Of a stretch of 64,000 bases of DNA, positions 1 through 9,382 are shown one piece after another. Below the pieces are notes generated by a model. It made no database searches. It saw only the letters and a program-made list of their open reading frames with translations, and was not told the DNA's origin. Source of the DNA: an uncultured Candidatus Poseidoniales archaeon (GTDB taxonomy: Archaea > Thermoplasmatota > Poseidoniia > Poseidoniales > Poseidoniaceae); the NCBI GenBank assembly GCA_905181715.1, contig CAJIYT010000022.1:26466-90465 (forward strand), given 5' to 3'. Every line of letters starts with the position of its first letter. Position 1 is the first letter of the stretch. The position numbers and the translations under genes were made by a program.

Positions 1-201
1 TGGAACCGAAAGCGAAACAAGAGTAATTCAAGCAGTGAATAATTCAATTGAGTTCACTCACAAGGGTCTATCCGGACACCCATTACAAAGTTAATGGTAT
101 CAAAGGGTTAGCAGTGGGTCTTTTCATTGCCTAGCGATGCAACACCTGTTTATCGGATTTTTTCGAGGAGATAAACTTCCAAGTTATGTCTTAATCTAAA
201 C

Positions 202-1446
202 TCAACGAGTAGCATAGAAACCCTGAATGACTTGGGTTACTGTTTGGATATCACTGAGATCTCTTTCGACTAAATCTTTCAAAATCTGCATTCTTTGATT
301 GACGTGTTGCTCGAACACTGCGGGCGTAACACCTGATGCTGTGCAAATAGTCTCCCTGAGTTTAGAAGGAATTCCGGTCTCTTCTATCTTATCTTCAGCT
401 GGATTATATTTCCAAATTATATTCAGACGAGGCTTATCGCCTTCCATTCCTGCTACCTCTGCAACTTCAATTATTTTCCTGGCTGTTTTGCCATTAACGT
501 GTAAGCGTGCTTGAATGATAATCAAATCAAGTCCAGTTAGCATAATCGGTGGAACATCCATAGGAGGGTTGATCATTCTGGTGATGGTTTCTTGCCCAGA
601 ATTCGCGTGCAGGCTACCGAAACTACCATCGTGACCAGTATTCATTGCAGTCAATAGAGTAGCACATTCACTACCACGTACCTCTCCAACAATAATGCGG
701 TCAGGGCGCATACGTAGACTTGATTTCAAACAATCATTCATGTCGACTTCAGGAGTACCATCGGGGCGCTCACGCCTGGTCTCCATTCGCAACCAGTGGT
801 CGTGGTAAACCTGCAACTCAGCAGTATCTTCGACAGTAAGTAATCTCTTATCCCAAGGAATGAACATTCCCAAACAATTGAGAGTGGTGGTCTTACCAGA
901 ACCTGTTCCGCCAGCAATAACGAAATTCGCCGGCCTGCTGTCCAATCCCTCAATCCAAACCCACATCATAGCGGCTAGTCTGAGGTTAACAGTGCCCCAT
1001 TGAATCAGATTTATCATAGTCAATGGATCTTCTTGGAATTTTCTAATGGTAAGTGTTGGTCCATCGGGTGTGATTGGTGGTATAGTTCCATTTACACGAG
1101 AACCATCTGGTAGACGTCCATCAAAAATAGGCACTAAGCCGGGACCATCACCGAGTGGTACAGCTGTAAATGCAGCGATATTCTTGCCGATTTGCAAACC
1201 CATTGCATCATCGACCCAAATATTTGTTCGACACATCCCATGCTTACGATGAGCGATTTTGACGCACTGTTGTCCGCCATTATACATTACCTCTTCAAGA
1301 CCATCATCTTCGAATAAAGCCTGAAGGGGTCCATAGGGATTAGAAGGTATATTTTCTAATCCATCTACGTGGTACACTGGTGAAGGATGTGTATCCTCGA
1401 TGTAAATCGTCACTTTGCCATACTGATCTATCACTTCTTCTGCCAT
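202..1446 (-). CDS. Type IV pilus/Tad secretion ATPase (TadA/CpaF/VirB11 family)
   Basis: Walker A GGTGSGKTT, Asp box TVEDTAEL, LRMRPDRIIVGEVRG Walker B, His box TGHDG..GSLHANS, and the DGRLPDGSRVN / TIRKF motifs. Start trimmed to ATG 1446 after GGGAG. Confidence 0.92.
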   Translation of the reverse strand: MAEEVIDQYGKVTIYIEDTHPSPVYHVDGLENIPSNPYGPLQALFEDDGLEEVMYNGGQQCVKIAHRKHGMCRTNIWVDDAMGLQIGKNIAAFTAVPLGDGPGLVPIFDGRLPDGSRVNGTIPPITPDGPTLTIRKFQEDPLTMINLIQWGTVNLRLAAMMWVWIEGLDSRPANFVIAGGTGSGKTTTLNCLGMFIPWDKRLLTVEDTAELQVYHDHWLRMETRRERPDGTPEVDMNDCLKSSLRMRPDRIIVGEVRGSECATLLTAMNTGHDGSFGSLHANSGQETITRMINPPMDVPPIMLTGLDLIIIQARLHVNGKTARKIIEVAEVAGMEGDKPRLNIIWKYNPAEDKIEETGIPSKLRETICTASGVTPAVFEQHVNQRMQILKDLVERDLSDIQTVTQVIQGFYATR

Positions 1447-1450
1447 TTTT

Positions 1451-2182
1451 TCAACTCCCTGCGATTTGGTAACCACCTAGATAGATAAACATAGCAAATG
1501 CCATCCAGATTGGGACGAACCATAGCATTGAACCTAACCTACCTAGCATTCTTCCACTGATAGCGACTGCCATACCAGCACATGCTCCAAAGAATAAAGA
1601 AAAACTACTGTGGAAACCATCTAACTGGAAACCTTTTGACTCCGGTGCGAATAAACCAACTATGAAAGCGATTAGAATCGGTAAACCCATACATAGGAAC
1701 AGAATGATGAGAATCGCTCTTCCCATCAATTCTTCTTCACGCTGGTTCATCAAATCATTAAGTCGTTCATAATCCATAGCCAAATTCGAAAGTATGTCTC
1801 CGAGTGGAGAATCCTGCTCTATTGCGGTCGAAAGAAGATGCATCACACGTTGCACTTGACTTGATCTTGTTTTTGATGCGAAATTTGCAAGAGCGGAATC
1901 GAATGAAGAGGCGTGGCTTTCTTCTAGTGTTGTACGTAATAGTGAGCCAAGTATACCGGTATTTCTCTGTGATTCCGCCTGCATGGCTTGTTGAAGACCA
2001 AGACCTGCTTTCAAAGAATCCGAAAGCGCCTCAAGAAGTGCTGGTAGGTCATTTTCGATCTTCCTCCGGCGTGAACGCTCAAACATCGGTGGCAAACCGC
2101 CCATAACTCCGGCGACTCCAAAAGTGAATAAGACCAAAACAATCGGCTCACCTCTTAGCATTTCCATCAGATCGAATATCAT
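1451..2182 (-). CDS. T2SS protein F family (TadB/TadC-like) membrane platform protein
   Basis: N-terminal TM, then IENDLPALLEALSDSLKAGLGLQQAM (T2SSF signature), several C-terminal TMs; GAGGTG SD; adjacent to the ATPase. Confidence 0.85.
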   Translation of the reverse strand: MIFDLMEMLRGEPIVLVLFTFGVAGVMGGLPPMFERSRRRKIENDLPALLEALSDSLKAGLGLQQAMQAESQRNTGILGSLLRTTLEESHASSFDSALANFASKTRSSQVQRVMHLLSTAIEQDSPLGDILSNLAMDYERLNDLMNQREEELMGRAILIILFLCMGLPILIAFIVGLFAPESKGFQLDGFHSSFSLFFGACAGMAVAISGRMLGRLGSMLWFVPIWMAFAMFIYLGGYQIAGS

Positions 2183-2191
2183 GACATCACC

Positions 2192-2767
2192 TCAAAGACC
2201 AGGGTCCTTTGTGTGAGCTTTTAGCCCAATCATCATCATGAATAGTAAAGTGAAGAATAATCCACCAGATACCACTGTATTCATTATTGGTGCATATTCT
2301 GTAACGCCAATGAAATCGGTTTCTTTATCCATCAGTTGCGGGATTACACCGACGATTGCAAGGATGATAGGCCCAATCATGCCAATGGAAAGTAATGTTT
2401 CAGGTAATCCACCAAGTTCCTCGATATACTTCTTTACCGCAGTACTTCTTTCTTCTTCCATCCTTCCAGCTTGCTTGCGTAAGGTCTCGATGAGATCTGT
2501 ATTCTGAGTTACGTTATTGAGCATGGTATTAATCAAGCGCTTATAGCCATCAGTTTCGCAACTACGTAACGTATTACGTAACTCCTTTTCCAGAGATGTT
2601 CCAGCCTGAATATTAGTCATCAAATTACTGAAATCATCTGAAATGATACCATAGCCACCTTGCGAAATACTGTGAATGGTTGCCTCAAGTCCGACTCCTG
2701 AACCAAGTAGGACGTCCATAGTTCGAATGACATAGAGAATTTCTCTAGATTCATCCAAGGCTCGCAT
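2192..2767 (-). CDS. T2SS protein F family (TadB/TadC-like), short form
   Basis: VIRTMDVLLGSGVGLEATI..YGIISDDF..GTSLEKEL pattern, two C-terminal TMs; in the same gene run as the ATPase. Confidence 0.8.
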   Translation of the reverse strand: MRALDESREILYVIRTMDVLLGSGVGLEATIHSISQGGYGIISDDFSNLMTNIQAGTSLEKELRNTLRSCETDGYKRLINTMLNNVTQNTDLIETLRKQAGRMEEERSTAVKKYIEELGGLPETLLSIGMIGPIILAIVGVIPQLMDKETDFIGVTEYAPIMNTVVSGGLFFTLLFMMMIGLKAHTKDPGL

Positions 2768-2779
2768 ATTGGTAACCCC

Positions 2780-3133
2780 TCAACGTATGTCCTCGATCAA
2801 TTCAAATGTGAATTTACCAGTACTTCCTTCAAACCCAAACTTGCTGAAAATAACTTTTACATCGCGCTCGGAAAATGGGTCGTGAATATATGGTTGCCCA
2901 CCTCTAAACATCTCCATGACCTTTTTGTACATCTCTAAGTCCATCTCTCCTTCTATGGTATACTCAGCAGATTCTGCACCTTCATCGATTAAATCATCGC
3001 CTTCGCCACCGTGGGTTATAGTACGAGTCATACGCCTAGTAACCACTACGCTGATATCCACTTCCGGTATTCTAAGCCAATCGCTACTCGATGTCCCATC
3101 TGCAGGACGAATGAAGAAGTCTATTCCAGTCAT
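2780..3133 (-). CDS. Small acidic protein resembling the phage Mu DNA-circularization N-terminal / tail-tube-like domain
   Basis: 117 aa. RR..T.HGGEGDDLIDEG...AEYTIEG ... GGQPYIHDPF resembles the DNA_circ_N pattern as I recall it (RR..HEYPGRDG..VEDLG.....T.....GPG.LVHP). Coding status is good; the function is inferred. Confidence 0.55.
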   Translation of the reverse strand: MTGIDFFIRPADGTSSSDWLRIPEVDISVVVTRRMTRTITHGGEGDDLIDEGAESAEYTIEGEMDLEMYKKVMEMFRGGQPYIHDPFSERDVKVIFSKFGFEGSTGKFTFELIEDIR

Positions 3134-3192
3134 GTATCTACCCTGACCTCGACACGTGGGTCAAGGACTTGAATGTGTTGGATAATATTGGC

Positions 3193-4128
3193 TCAGGTAC
3201 GCTTGAACCAACCGAACCTAGGTTCGTGGATTTCTCCGCCATCAGATAATTCATCGAGCATGGCTTCAGCAGCATCTCTTTCATGCCCACGTGCTGCTGC
3301 GTTGGAAAGTAAAGTATCAAAATCAACACCTTCACCTTGGTCGAGTGCATCTATCAACTCGAGTATTGTTTGCTTGAGGTCTGATTCTGAAGCAGGTTCC
3401 TCTTTAGCCTGTGGGGTTTCCTCTCTTTGTTCAAAAGTTTCTTCCTTAGGAGTTGGTTTTTCCCTAACAATATCCTTGTTTTCGATGATATCCAATGCTT
3501 GCATAATGTTGAAACGATACATCTCAGAATCAAACTCACCATAATGAGGTTTAGCCAAAATCAGTCCATCGATTAGATGTTCTGGAATACCAGCTTCACT
3601 TAACGATGCTCGATTGGTTTCTAGGGATGCGGTTTTCTGCTGGGCGTCGAGACGAATCAAAGTCTGCTCGCAAGCCTTGGCTAACCATTCACGGTAAACA
3701 GATGGTGAAATGATGCAAGCCTCCTCTGGTCTTAGGCTGGTGTAGACCGAACCTTCTTCGTTCTGGAACCAGCGCGCTTTGGCAACCATCAAAAGCATCA
3801 AAGATTCACCAGATTCAATGCGTGCTGCCAAATCAATGACCATTTCACGCATCGCTTCAGTAGCGTAATCGCCGACTGAGAAGTAGTGTAATCCGGATGG
3901 ATCACGCAATTGTCCCTGGTAAAGAGTGCTACCGTTTGCAGTCTCGCGTGGCTCGAGTCTCTCAATTAAGCCAGCAACTATCAAACGATTGGCCTTAGCT
4001 CCCAACTTGGTAATTACGAAGGAAGGATCAAATTCGCCTGAACCTTTCTCGTGCAGCGATGATTCGCTAAATTCAGAAGCGAGCATATGCCATGCGGGCT
4101 GTCGTGGAGAACGACGAGTTATGACCAT
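3193..4128 (-). CDS. RPA-associated / RPA32-like OB-fold protein with C-terminal winged helix
   Basis: RQPAW..ASEF, ITKLGAKANRLIVAG, LRDPSG, SLRPE motifs; acidic linker; C-terminal LDELSDGGEIHEPRFG; abuts the RPA large subunit. Confidence 0.85.
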   Translation of the reverse strand: MVITRRSPRQPAWHMLASEFSESSLHEKGSGEFDPSFVITKLGAKANRLIVAGLIERLEPRETANGSTLYQGQLRDPSGLHYFSVGDYATEAMREMVIDLAARIESGESLMLLMVAKARWFQNEEGSVYTSLRPEEACIISPSVYREWLAKACEQTLIRLDAQQKTASLETNRASLSEAGIPEHLIDGLILAKPHYGEFDSEMYRFNIMQALDIIENKDIVREKPTPKEETFEQREETPQAKEEPASESDLKQTILELIDALDQGEGVDFDTLLSNAAARGHERDAAEAMLDELSDGGEIHEPRFGWFKRT

Positions 4129-5820
4129 CTAAGCCACCCCCCAGTGCTGACGTAATTCAGCGGCTAGGAGAACTGTGTCCACTACTTCAATGGTGCAGGA
4201 TTCTGCCAATAACATCGCACCTTGTTCGTCGACGATTGTTCGGCCAACCGCAGTTAGTTTCCTCCCCAACATCCGCTCACGTAATGACTGGACGAAAACC
4301 GCCTGTCCGTCTGCTGTAATGCGATCTTTGATCTCATCTTCAGTCGAACTAAGTAGTGTCAAGCAAGCATCTCGATTTACGATCAGTGAAAGAGTTGCGC
4401 TACCATCGTCTAGTACCATTCGCAAACGGACATCCTCAACACCTTCTTGCTCACCATGAGTCGCACAAGCTCCTTCGCGCAAAACTCGTTTACAATCGCT
4501 ACAGCGCCTTATTAGCCCAGAATCATCACGGATAGAAACTATGGTTCCAGCGGTTGAAATACCAACTCGGCTAGCGCCAGAAGTCAGTGAATTCAATTCG
4601 ACTTCGACTACGTTTTCAGAAAGGTCAAGGTCTTTTTCCCACGGTGGACTGGCGAGCAATTCAATTTGCTCGGCACTGTCGACAGTGATGTCGGGTATTC
4701 CTTGCCATGCTCGAACCCTAGCCCCAGTAATCTTGACTATAACTGGTAAATCAGCCTCTGTGAAAGGTGGTTGTTGCCAGCAACTCATCCGGCAACGACC
4801 AGTAGGGTCAGCGACTTCACCTGACCATACCTTGCCCTCTTCTCCACCTTCTTTGCTAAAGGTTCTGACAAGGATATTTTGCACTTCGACAACACACTCA
4901 ACATCGCGATTGCCGTCGGTTAAATCCTCTATTTTGGAAACTGTTAGCACCGATAAATCGTCGAGGCTGGTGAAGTTTGTATCCCTATAGACCTCTACCT
5001 TAGTCGAACGACCAATGTTTAACTCTGGTGTATTTCTGAAACTACGAACCTGAGCATGTTGGATTTTTACCAGACTACCAACCTCGTGAGTAAATGGTTC
5101 CCAGGATAGAAATCCAATCACACCAGAATCATCACCGATTCGACCACGAACAACATCGAGAGTACCGCTACCATCCTTACGATGAATGACATCCTCTCTA
5201 CTGGCTAATACTCGGCCGACAACAGTGACCATACCTTCGCCTTTAACGGACGAGATTTCAACTGGCTCACTAGGATTTACAACATCTCTAGAGCCTTCTT
5301 GTAATACTACTATTCTACTGCTCTGATTGATGTTTAGGCTCATCTTACCTTGGTATTCGTTAACCGAAACACCTTCTAAACGAACTATTGCTCCTGGTGA
5401 TAGATTCTGATTATGACCCCAGTCCTTGTAATCCCAGAGTTCACCCTCTCCCTCTGCCCATGGCATATCTTCTACTGAACCAAAGGCGATTTGCTTCTCT
5501 TCGCCTCTAATCATTTGCACACGAGGATTGTGAGTGGTTATCTTGACTTCGATTTCTATATTACGATCATCGCCTTTCAACTCAGAAAAGCGATTGACCT
5601 TACGATTTGGCAATGCTGCTGAAGATGAAGCGCCACCAGTTGCTGGTTTCACTTCGCCCAAATCACTTTGGAAGCGGCGTAATACCGAACGGAATGCATC
5701 TTCAGGTGGAACCATGAAATCCTTCTCATAACGAACGAAGGCTTCCTCTACTTTCTTTGGATCAGCGCCGGGGACCTGTGCGACCACCTGCTGGACATGA
5801 ACATCCATGTCGGATGTCAC
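4129..5820 (-). CDS. rpa: Replication protein A large subunit (multi-OB-fold ssDNA-binding protein)
   Basis: Repeated OB folds (GRIGDDSG, GEVADPTG, LDDGSA) and zinc finger CSDC-x8-CATH. GTG start at 5820 preceded by GAGGTG. Confidence 0.9.
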   Translation of the reverse strand: MTSDMDVHVQQVVAQVPGADPKKVEEAFVRYEKDFMVPPEDAFRSVLRRFQSDLGEVKPATGGASSSAALPNRKVNRFSELKGDDRNIEIEVKITTHNPRVQMIRGEEKQIAFGSVEDMPWAEGEGELWDYKDWGHNQNLSPGAIVRLEGVSVNEYQGKMSLNINQSSRIVVLQEGSRDVVNPSEPVEISSVKGEGMVTVVGRVLASREDVIHRKDGSGTLDVVRGRIGDDSGVIGFLSWEPFTHEVGSLVKIQHAQVRSFRNTPELNIGRSTKVEVYRDTNFTSLDDLSVLTVSKIEDLTDGNRDVECVVEVQNILVRTFSKEGGEEGKVWSGEVADPTGRCRMSCWQQPPFTEADLPVIVKITGARVRAWQGIPDITVDSAEQIELLASPPWEKDLDLSENVVEVELNSLTSGASRVGISTAGTIVSIRDDSGLIRRCSDCKRVLREGACATHGEQEGVEDVRLRMVLDDGSATLSLIVNRDACLTLLSSTEDEIKDRITADGQAVFVQSLRERMLGRKLTAVGRTIVDEQGAMLLAESCTIEVVDTVLLAAELRQHWGVA

Positions 5821-5982
5821 GAATGACACCTCTGCACAATCCTTCTTCTTCGAAGCTTGCGCAATGGCAAGGCATCGGGCTCTCGTGTTGGTTGGGTTAG
5901 ACAATACACTACCTTTGACCTCCGTGGAGCCAGACGGTTTGCACGACGGTTCATGAAGTATACCCATGCCAAACTTGGGAAA

Positions 5983-7383
5983 TCAAGCGGGATTTATCCG
6001 CAGTCCTTGCTTGAGCAATACATCGGGCAAATACATCGATCCACTCGAATAGGAGCCGTTGCTGCGAATTTTGTCGCCGAGCATCAAATCACCAGCCAAT
6101 GCCTTTCCGATATTCCCGCTTAGACCAGCTTGTTTGAGAGAACCGATTATTTCTCCTTCTTCAACTCGAAGAACCATAGAAGTCGTAACCGAAAAATCCC
6201 CACTGGTAGGATTGGCGGTATGTGCGCCCATTACGCTGTGTACGATATATCCTTCATCCATCTCCTCTATCAATGAATCACGAGAATGAGATTTTTGTGA
6301 ACTTTGCAATAAGAGGTTACCACAGCCAGTCCCCGGTGGAGATTGGTAACCACCACGTGATGCAGAACCGGTCGTCTGCGCATGCTCAACCTTACCTTCT
6401 GCAACCATTCGGCAAGCATCTCTGGTCGACCAGAGCGAGGACTGTAAACGTCCGCTATCAACTAAGGTTTGACGTTTTGTAAGCACCCCCTCACCATCGC
6501 GTGAAGAAGAGGACATTCCTCCTTCCATTATTCTATCATCGATAATAGTGAGATGATCTGCAATGACCTTCTCGCCCATGCGTTTAGACCAGAAAGATTC
6601 GCCCTGGGCGATTCTTTCACCCATTAAAGCGGTGGGGACAACCATAGAAAATAGTGGTGAGAAACCTTGTGCTGTCATCAATACTGGACAATCACTCACC
6701 TCTCCACTATCGATGGTATTTCGAGTGATTTGTGCCCAATAAACCGCTCTCTCTATCACTTGTTCAACATCACTCAATTGACTGCGAGAAGATGAACCTT
6801 CGTATGCACTGGTCAAATGATCATCCTCATCGATACCGACCTGGATGCCAAAACCATGCGAGGTATGTATTCCTCCATCCTCAATGCCATTGCTGTTGAT
6901 AATTACCTCTGCTCCAGCGCCAGCACCAATACCGCCACCAGTGACAACAGCCCGTGAATCAAGAGCTGTGACTGAACTTAGAATTTCATCTGCTTGCTCA
7001 AGAATATCATCGCTACTCATATCGATTATTCGTCGATCTATCAAACCTGAAGTTGCAGCCGAACCAGAGTCGACCGGTAACTCGAAACCTGCTATAGAAG
7101 GTGACTTACGGGCGATAGAGAGTGCATCTTGGACTGCTCTTTGTGCGCCGCTTGCATCTGCCAGATGAGCATAGCCATAGCGGCCATCTTCGACCACTCT
7201 CAAGCCCAATCCTCCAGAGCCGCCGCCTGCGGCAAGAGAGATCTTTCCGGCTTCTAAATCGATTGAGTGGCCATAGTCTTGCTCACCGACAACCTCCCAT
7301 TGCTGAAGAGAATTGCTTTCACAGACCTTAGCGACCGCTCTCGCAGACTCCATTAAGCGTTCCAATGCATCATCTGGTAACAA
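5983..7383 (-). CDS. pmbA: TldE/PmbA family protein
   Basis: GLRVVEDGRYGYA, DGEG, TTGSASRG, GAHTANPTSGDFS; lacks HExxxH; paired with tldD. Confidence 0.9.
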   Translation of the reverse strand: MLPDDALERLMESARAVAKVCESNSLQQWEVVGEQDYGHSIDLEAGKISLAAGGGSGGLGLRVVEDGRYGYAHLADASGAQRAVQDALSIARKSPSIAGFELPVDSGSAATSGLIDRRIIDMSSDDILEQADEILSSVTALDSRAVVTGGGIGAGAGAEVIINSNGIEDGGIHTSHGFGIQVGIDEDDHLTSAYEGSSSRSQLSDVEQVIERAVYWAQITRNTIDSGEVSDCPVLMTAQGFSPLFSMVVPTALMGERIAQGESFWSKRMGEKVIADHLTIIDDRIMEGGMSSSSRDGEGVLTKRQTLVDSGRLQSSLWSTRDACRMVAEGKVEHAQTTGSASRGGYQSPPGTGCGNLLLQSSQKSHSRDSLIEEMDEGYIVHSVMGAHTANPTSGDFSVTTSMVLRVEEGEIIGSLKQAGLSGNIGKALAGDLMLGDKIRSNGSYSSGSMYLPDVLLKQGLRINPA

Positions 7384-7385
7384 TT

Positions 7386-8828
7386 TCAGCCCACCAGTGC
7401 CTCTTTGATTCGCATCAATGGACCACCGTCGCCTACTGGCACAGTTTGCCCTTTACCACAAAAACCTGGAGCTGCGAGTGCAGCATCACGAGTTAAGCCA
7501 TCGACTTGTTTGAGGATTTGTAGAGTCATCCCACTTACACTGACATCCTTTAGTGGATTTGTGAGTTCACCGTTTTCTATTAACCAGGCTTCCTGTGCTG
7601 CGAATTGGAACGAACCGCGGCCAGTATCAACCTGTCCTCCGCGCGAACCACAAGCAAATACCCCGTGATCTATATCTTCAATTAATTCATCCAAATCACG
7701 ATGATTGCCACCCATAATCATAGTATTAGACATCCGAACTAAGGGGTGGTGAAGTCCATCTTGAGCCCTTGCTGCACCATTTGGTATCAGATCGAATTTG
7801 TGTGCGGTTTCACGATGGTTGAGATAATCGGTGAGTACACCATTTTCGATTAATGATTTAGTTCTAGTATCTACTCCTTCATCATCGATGGGGTAGGCTC
7901 CATAGCCACCTCTAATCATCGGATCATCGATTACAGTAACAATATCTGAACCTATCTTCTCACCCAATTTACCCTCTAAACAAGAATCTCCGGCAGCGAC
8001 TAGGTCTGCTTCACATGGGTGACCTAATGCCTCGTGAATGTATACTCCAGTCAAATCTCTGTCGGCAACCAAGGTCATCTTACCAGAAGGTGCCCTTTCT
8101 GCACTGAGTAAACGTATGGCTGATTCCCTGCAAGTTCGACCCATATTACCTAAATCGGTGGCTTCGATTAATTCCAGTCCACCTTCACCACCGGTACGGG
8201 AACGGTAAGAGACTACATCATCTCCATCTCTGGCTGTAACCATGGTATTGGTCATTATTCGCTGAAATGACCAAGTCCTATCCATCCCTTCGCTAGTTAG
8301 TAACTCGTGGTGAAGATGTTCATCTGACCAACCACAGCGAACCGAGATAATTCTCTCATCATCGTCTGCTTCTGCGTGAACCTGACCCATCATCTCCAGA
8401 CGGGTTTCAAGGTCTATTTCACGGACATCCTTAGGGGCATTCCAGTGTAATTCGTCTTGGATGATAGGAACCTCTGCCAAACTAACTCCTACGTCTGCTC
8501 TATTGCGACGCAATGCTACGGCCTTGGCTAAACGAACCGTCGATTCTATCTGACTGGGTATTGATGCTATGTCAGTGGTTGAATGTACTCCCCATGCACC
8601 GTCAGCGAGAATACGTAAGGTTGCACCTACTTCTTGACCAGGAATAGCGCTGTGCAATTTTCCATCACGAAGACTGGCTGAATTAGTAGTTTCACAAACC
8701 AAACGCAATTCAGCATATTGTGCACCTTCGGCTAATGCTAAGTCAAGAGCAGGTTGGATTTTATCTCGATCTAGTAAATGCATTCTGCCCTGACTAGGGC
8801 CTTCTTGGGCACGGGTAGCAATGACCAT
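7386..8828 (-). CDS. tldD: TldD family metalloprotease
   Basis: HEALGHPCEAD, DDEG, RMSNT, GGQV, GFCGKGQTVPVGDGGP. Alternative start at 8783. Confidence 0.93.
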   Translation of the reverse strand: MVIATRAQEGPSQGRMHLLDRDKIQPALDLALAEGAQYAELRLVCETTNSASLRDGKLHSAIPGQEVGATLRILADGAWGVHSTTDIASIPSQIESTVRLAKAVALRRNRADVGVSLAEVPIIQDELHWNAPKDVREIDLETRLEMMGQVHAEADDDERIISVRCGWSDEHLHHELLTSEGMDRTWSFQRIMTNTMVTARDGDDVVSYRSRTGGEGGLELIEATDLGNMGRTCRESAIRLLSAERAPSGKMTLVADRDLTGVYIHEALGHPCEADLVAAGDSCLEGKLGEKIGSDIVTVIDDPMIRGGYGAYPIDDEGVDTRTKSLIENGVLTDYLNHRETAHKFDLIPNGAARAQDGLHHPLVRMSNTMIMGGNHRDLDELIEDIDHGVFACGSRGGQVDTGRGSFQFAAQEAWLIENGELTNPLKDVSVSGMTLQILKQVDGLTRDAALAAPGFCGKGQTVPVGDGGPLMRIKEALVG

Positions 8829-8870
8829 GCAAGGCGGTTATCTAGGCGGGTTTTCAACCCTTGTGTATTC

Positions 8871-9356
8871 TCACTCGAATTGACCAAGATGGAGATGGCC
8901 GATACAAACCGCTTCGCCCCGACCGGTTTCTATCCCCAGCATTCGTTCATCGACCAATTCGGGAACTGGTCTCGTGGCTAGAATTTCGAGATTCATTTTT
9001 TGGGCAACTGCTGTGAAATTTGAGTTCTCATCACCACCAAGATGAGCTAGCCATGCTTCACTATCACCCTTTGAAACACCGGCACGTGAAAAGCCATACG
9101 ATACATGACTGGTTCCAGATAACAAACGTAAATATTCTCCATCTACCGATTGACTTAGCATTTCATCTCGCTCTTTACCACGCAGCAATACATCCCATGC
9201 CGCCCAAGCATGAGTCTCACTGGCCAATGCAGATTGTGAAATAAGCACCCAGTATTCATCAGGACGCTGCGCTATCCATTCTGTGACCAATTCCCGCTGA
9301 TTGGCAATCTCTTGTGGAAATTTAACCCGAACACAGGGGAATTGAGTGATGCTCAT
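8871..9356 (-). CDS. cgi121: KEOPS complex subunit Cgi121-like
   Basis: SETHAWAA..R..ER..MLSQSVDGEYLRLLSGTSHVS..FSRAGV matches the Cgi121 pattern (H...A...A.R......E.L..SG..QI..A...G); the Cgi121-Hel308 adjacency is common in archaea. Confidence 0.7.
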   Translation of the reverse strand: MSITQFPCVRVKFPQEIANQRELVTEWIAQRPDEYWVLISQSALASETHAWAAWDVLLRGKERDEMLSQSVDGEYLRLLSGTSHVSYGFSRAGVSKGDSEAWLAHLGGDENSNFTAVAQKMNLEILATRPVPELVDERMLGIETGRGEAVCIGHLHLGQFE

Positions 9357-9382
9357 ATCAAAGGCGAAGCAGCGTCAGTTCA

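Noticed and set aside
2780-3133. Prophage or provirus remnant
   Set aside because: No integrase, capsid, terminase or att-like repeats nearby; the gene is tightly embedded in a host operon, so it is not called a mobile element.
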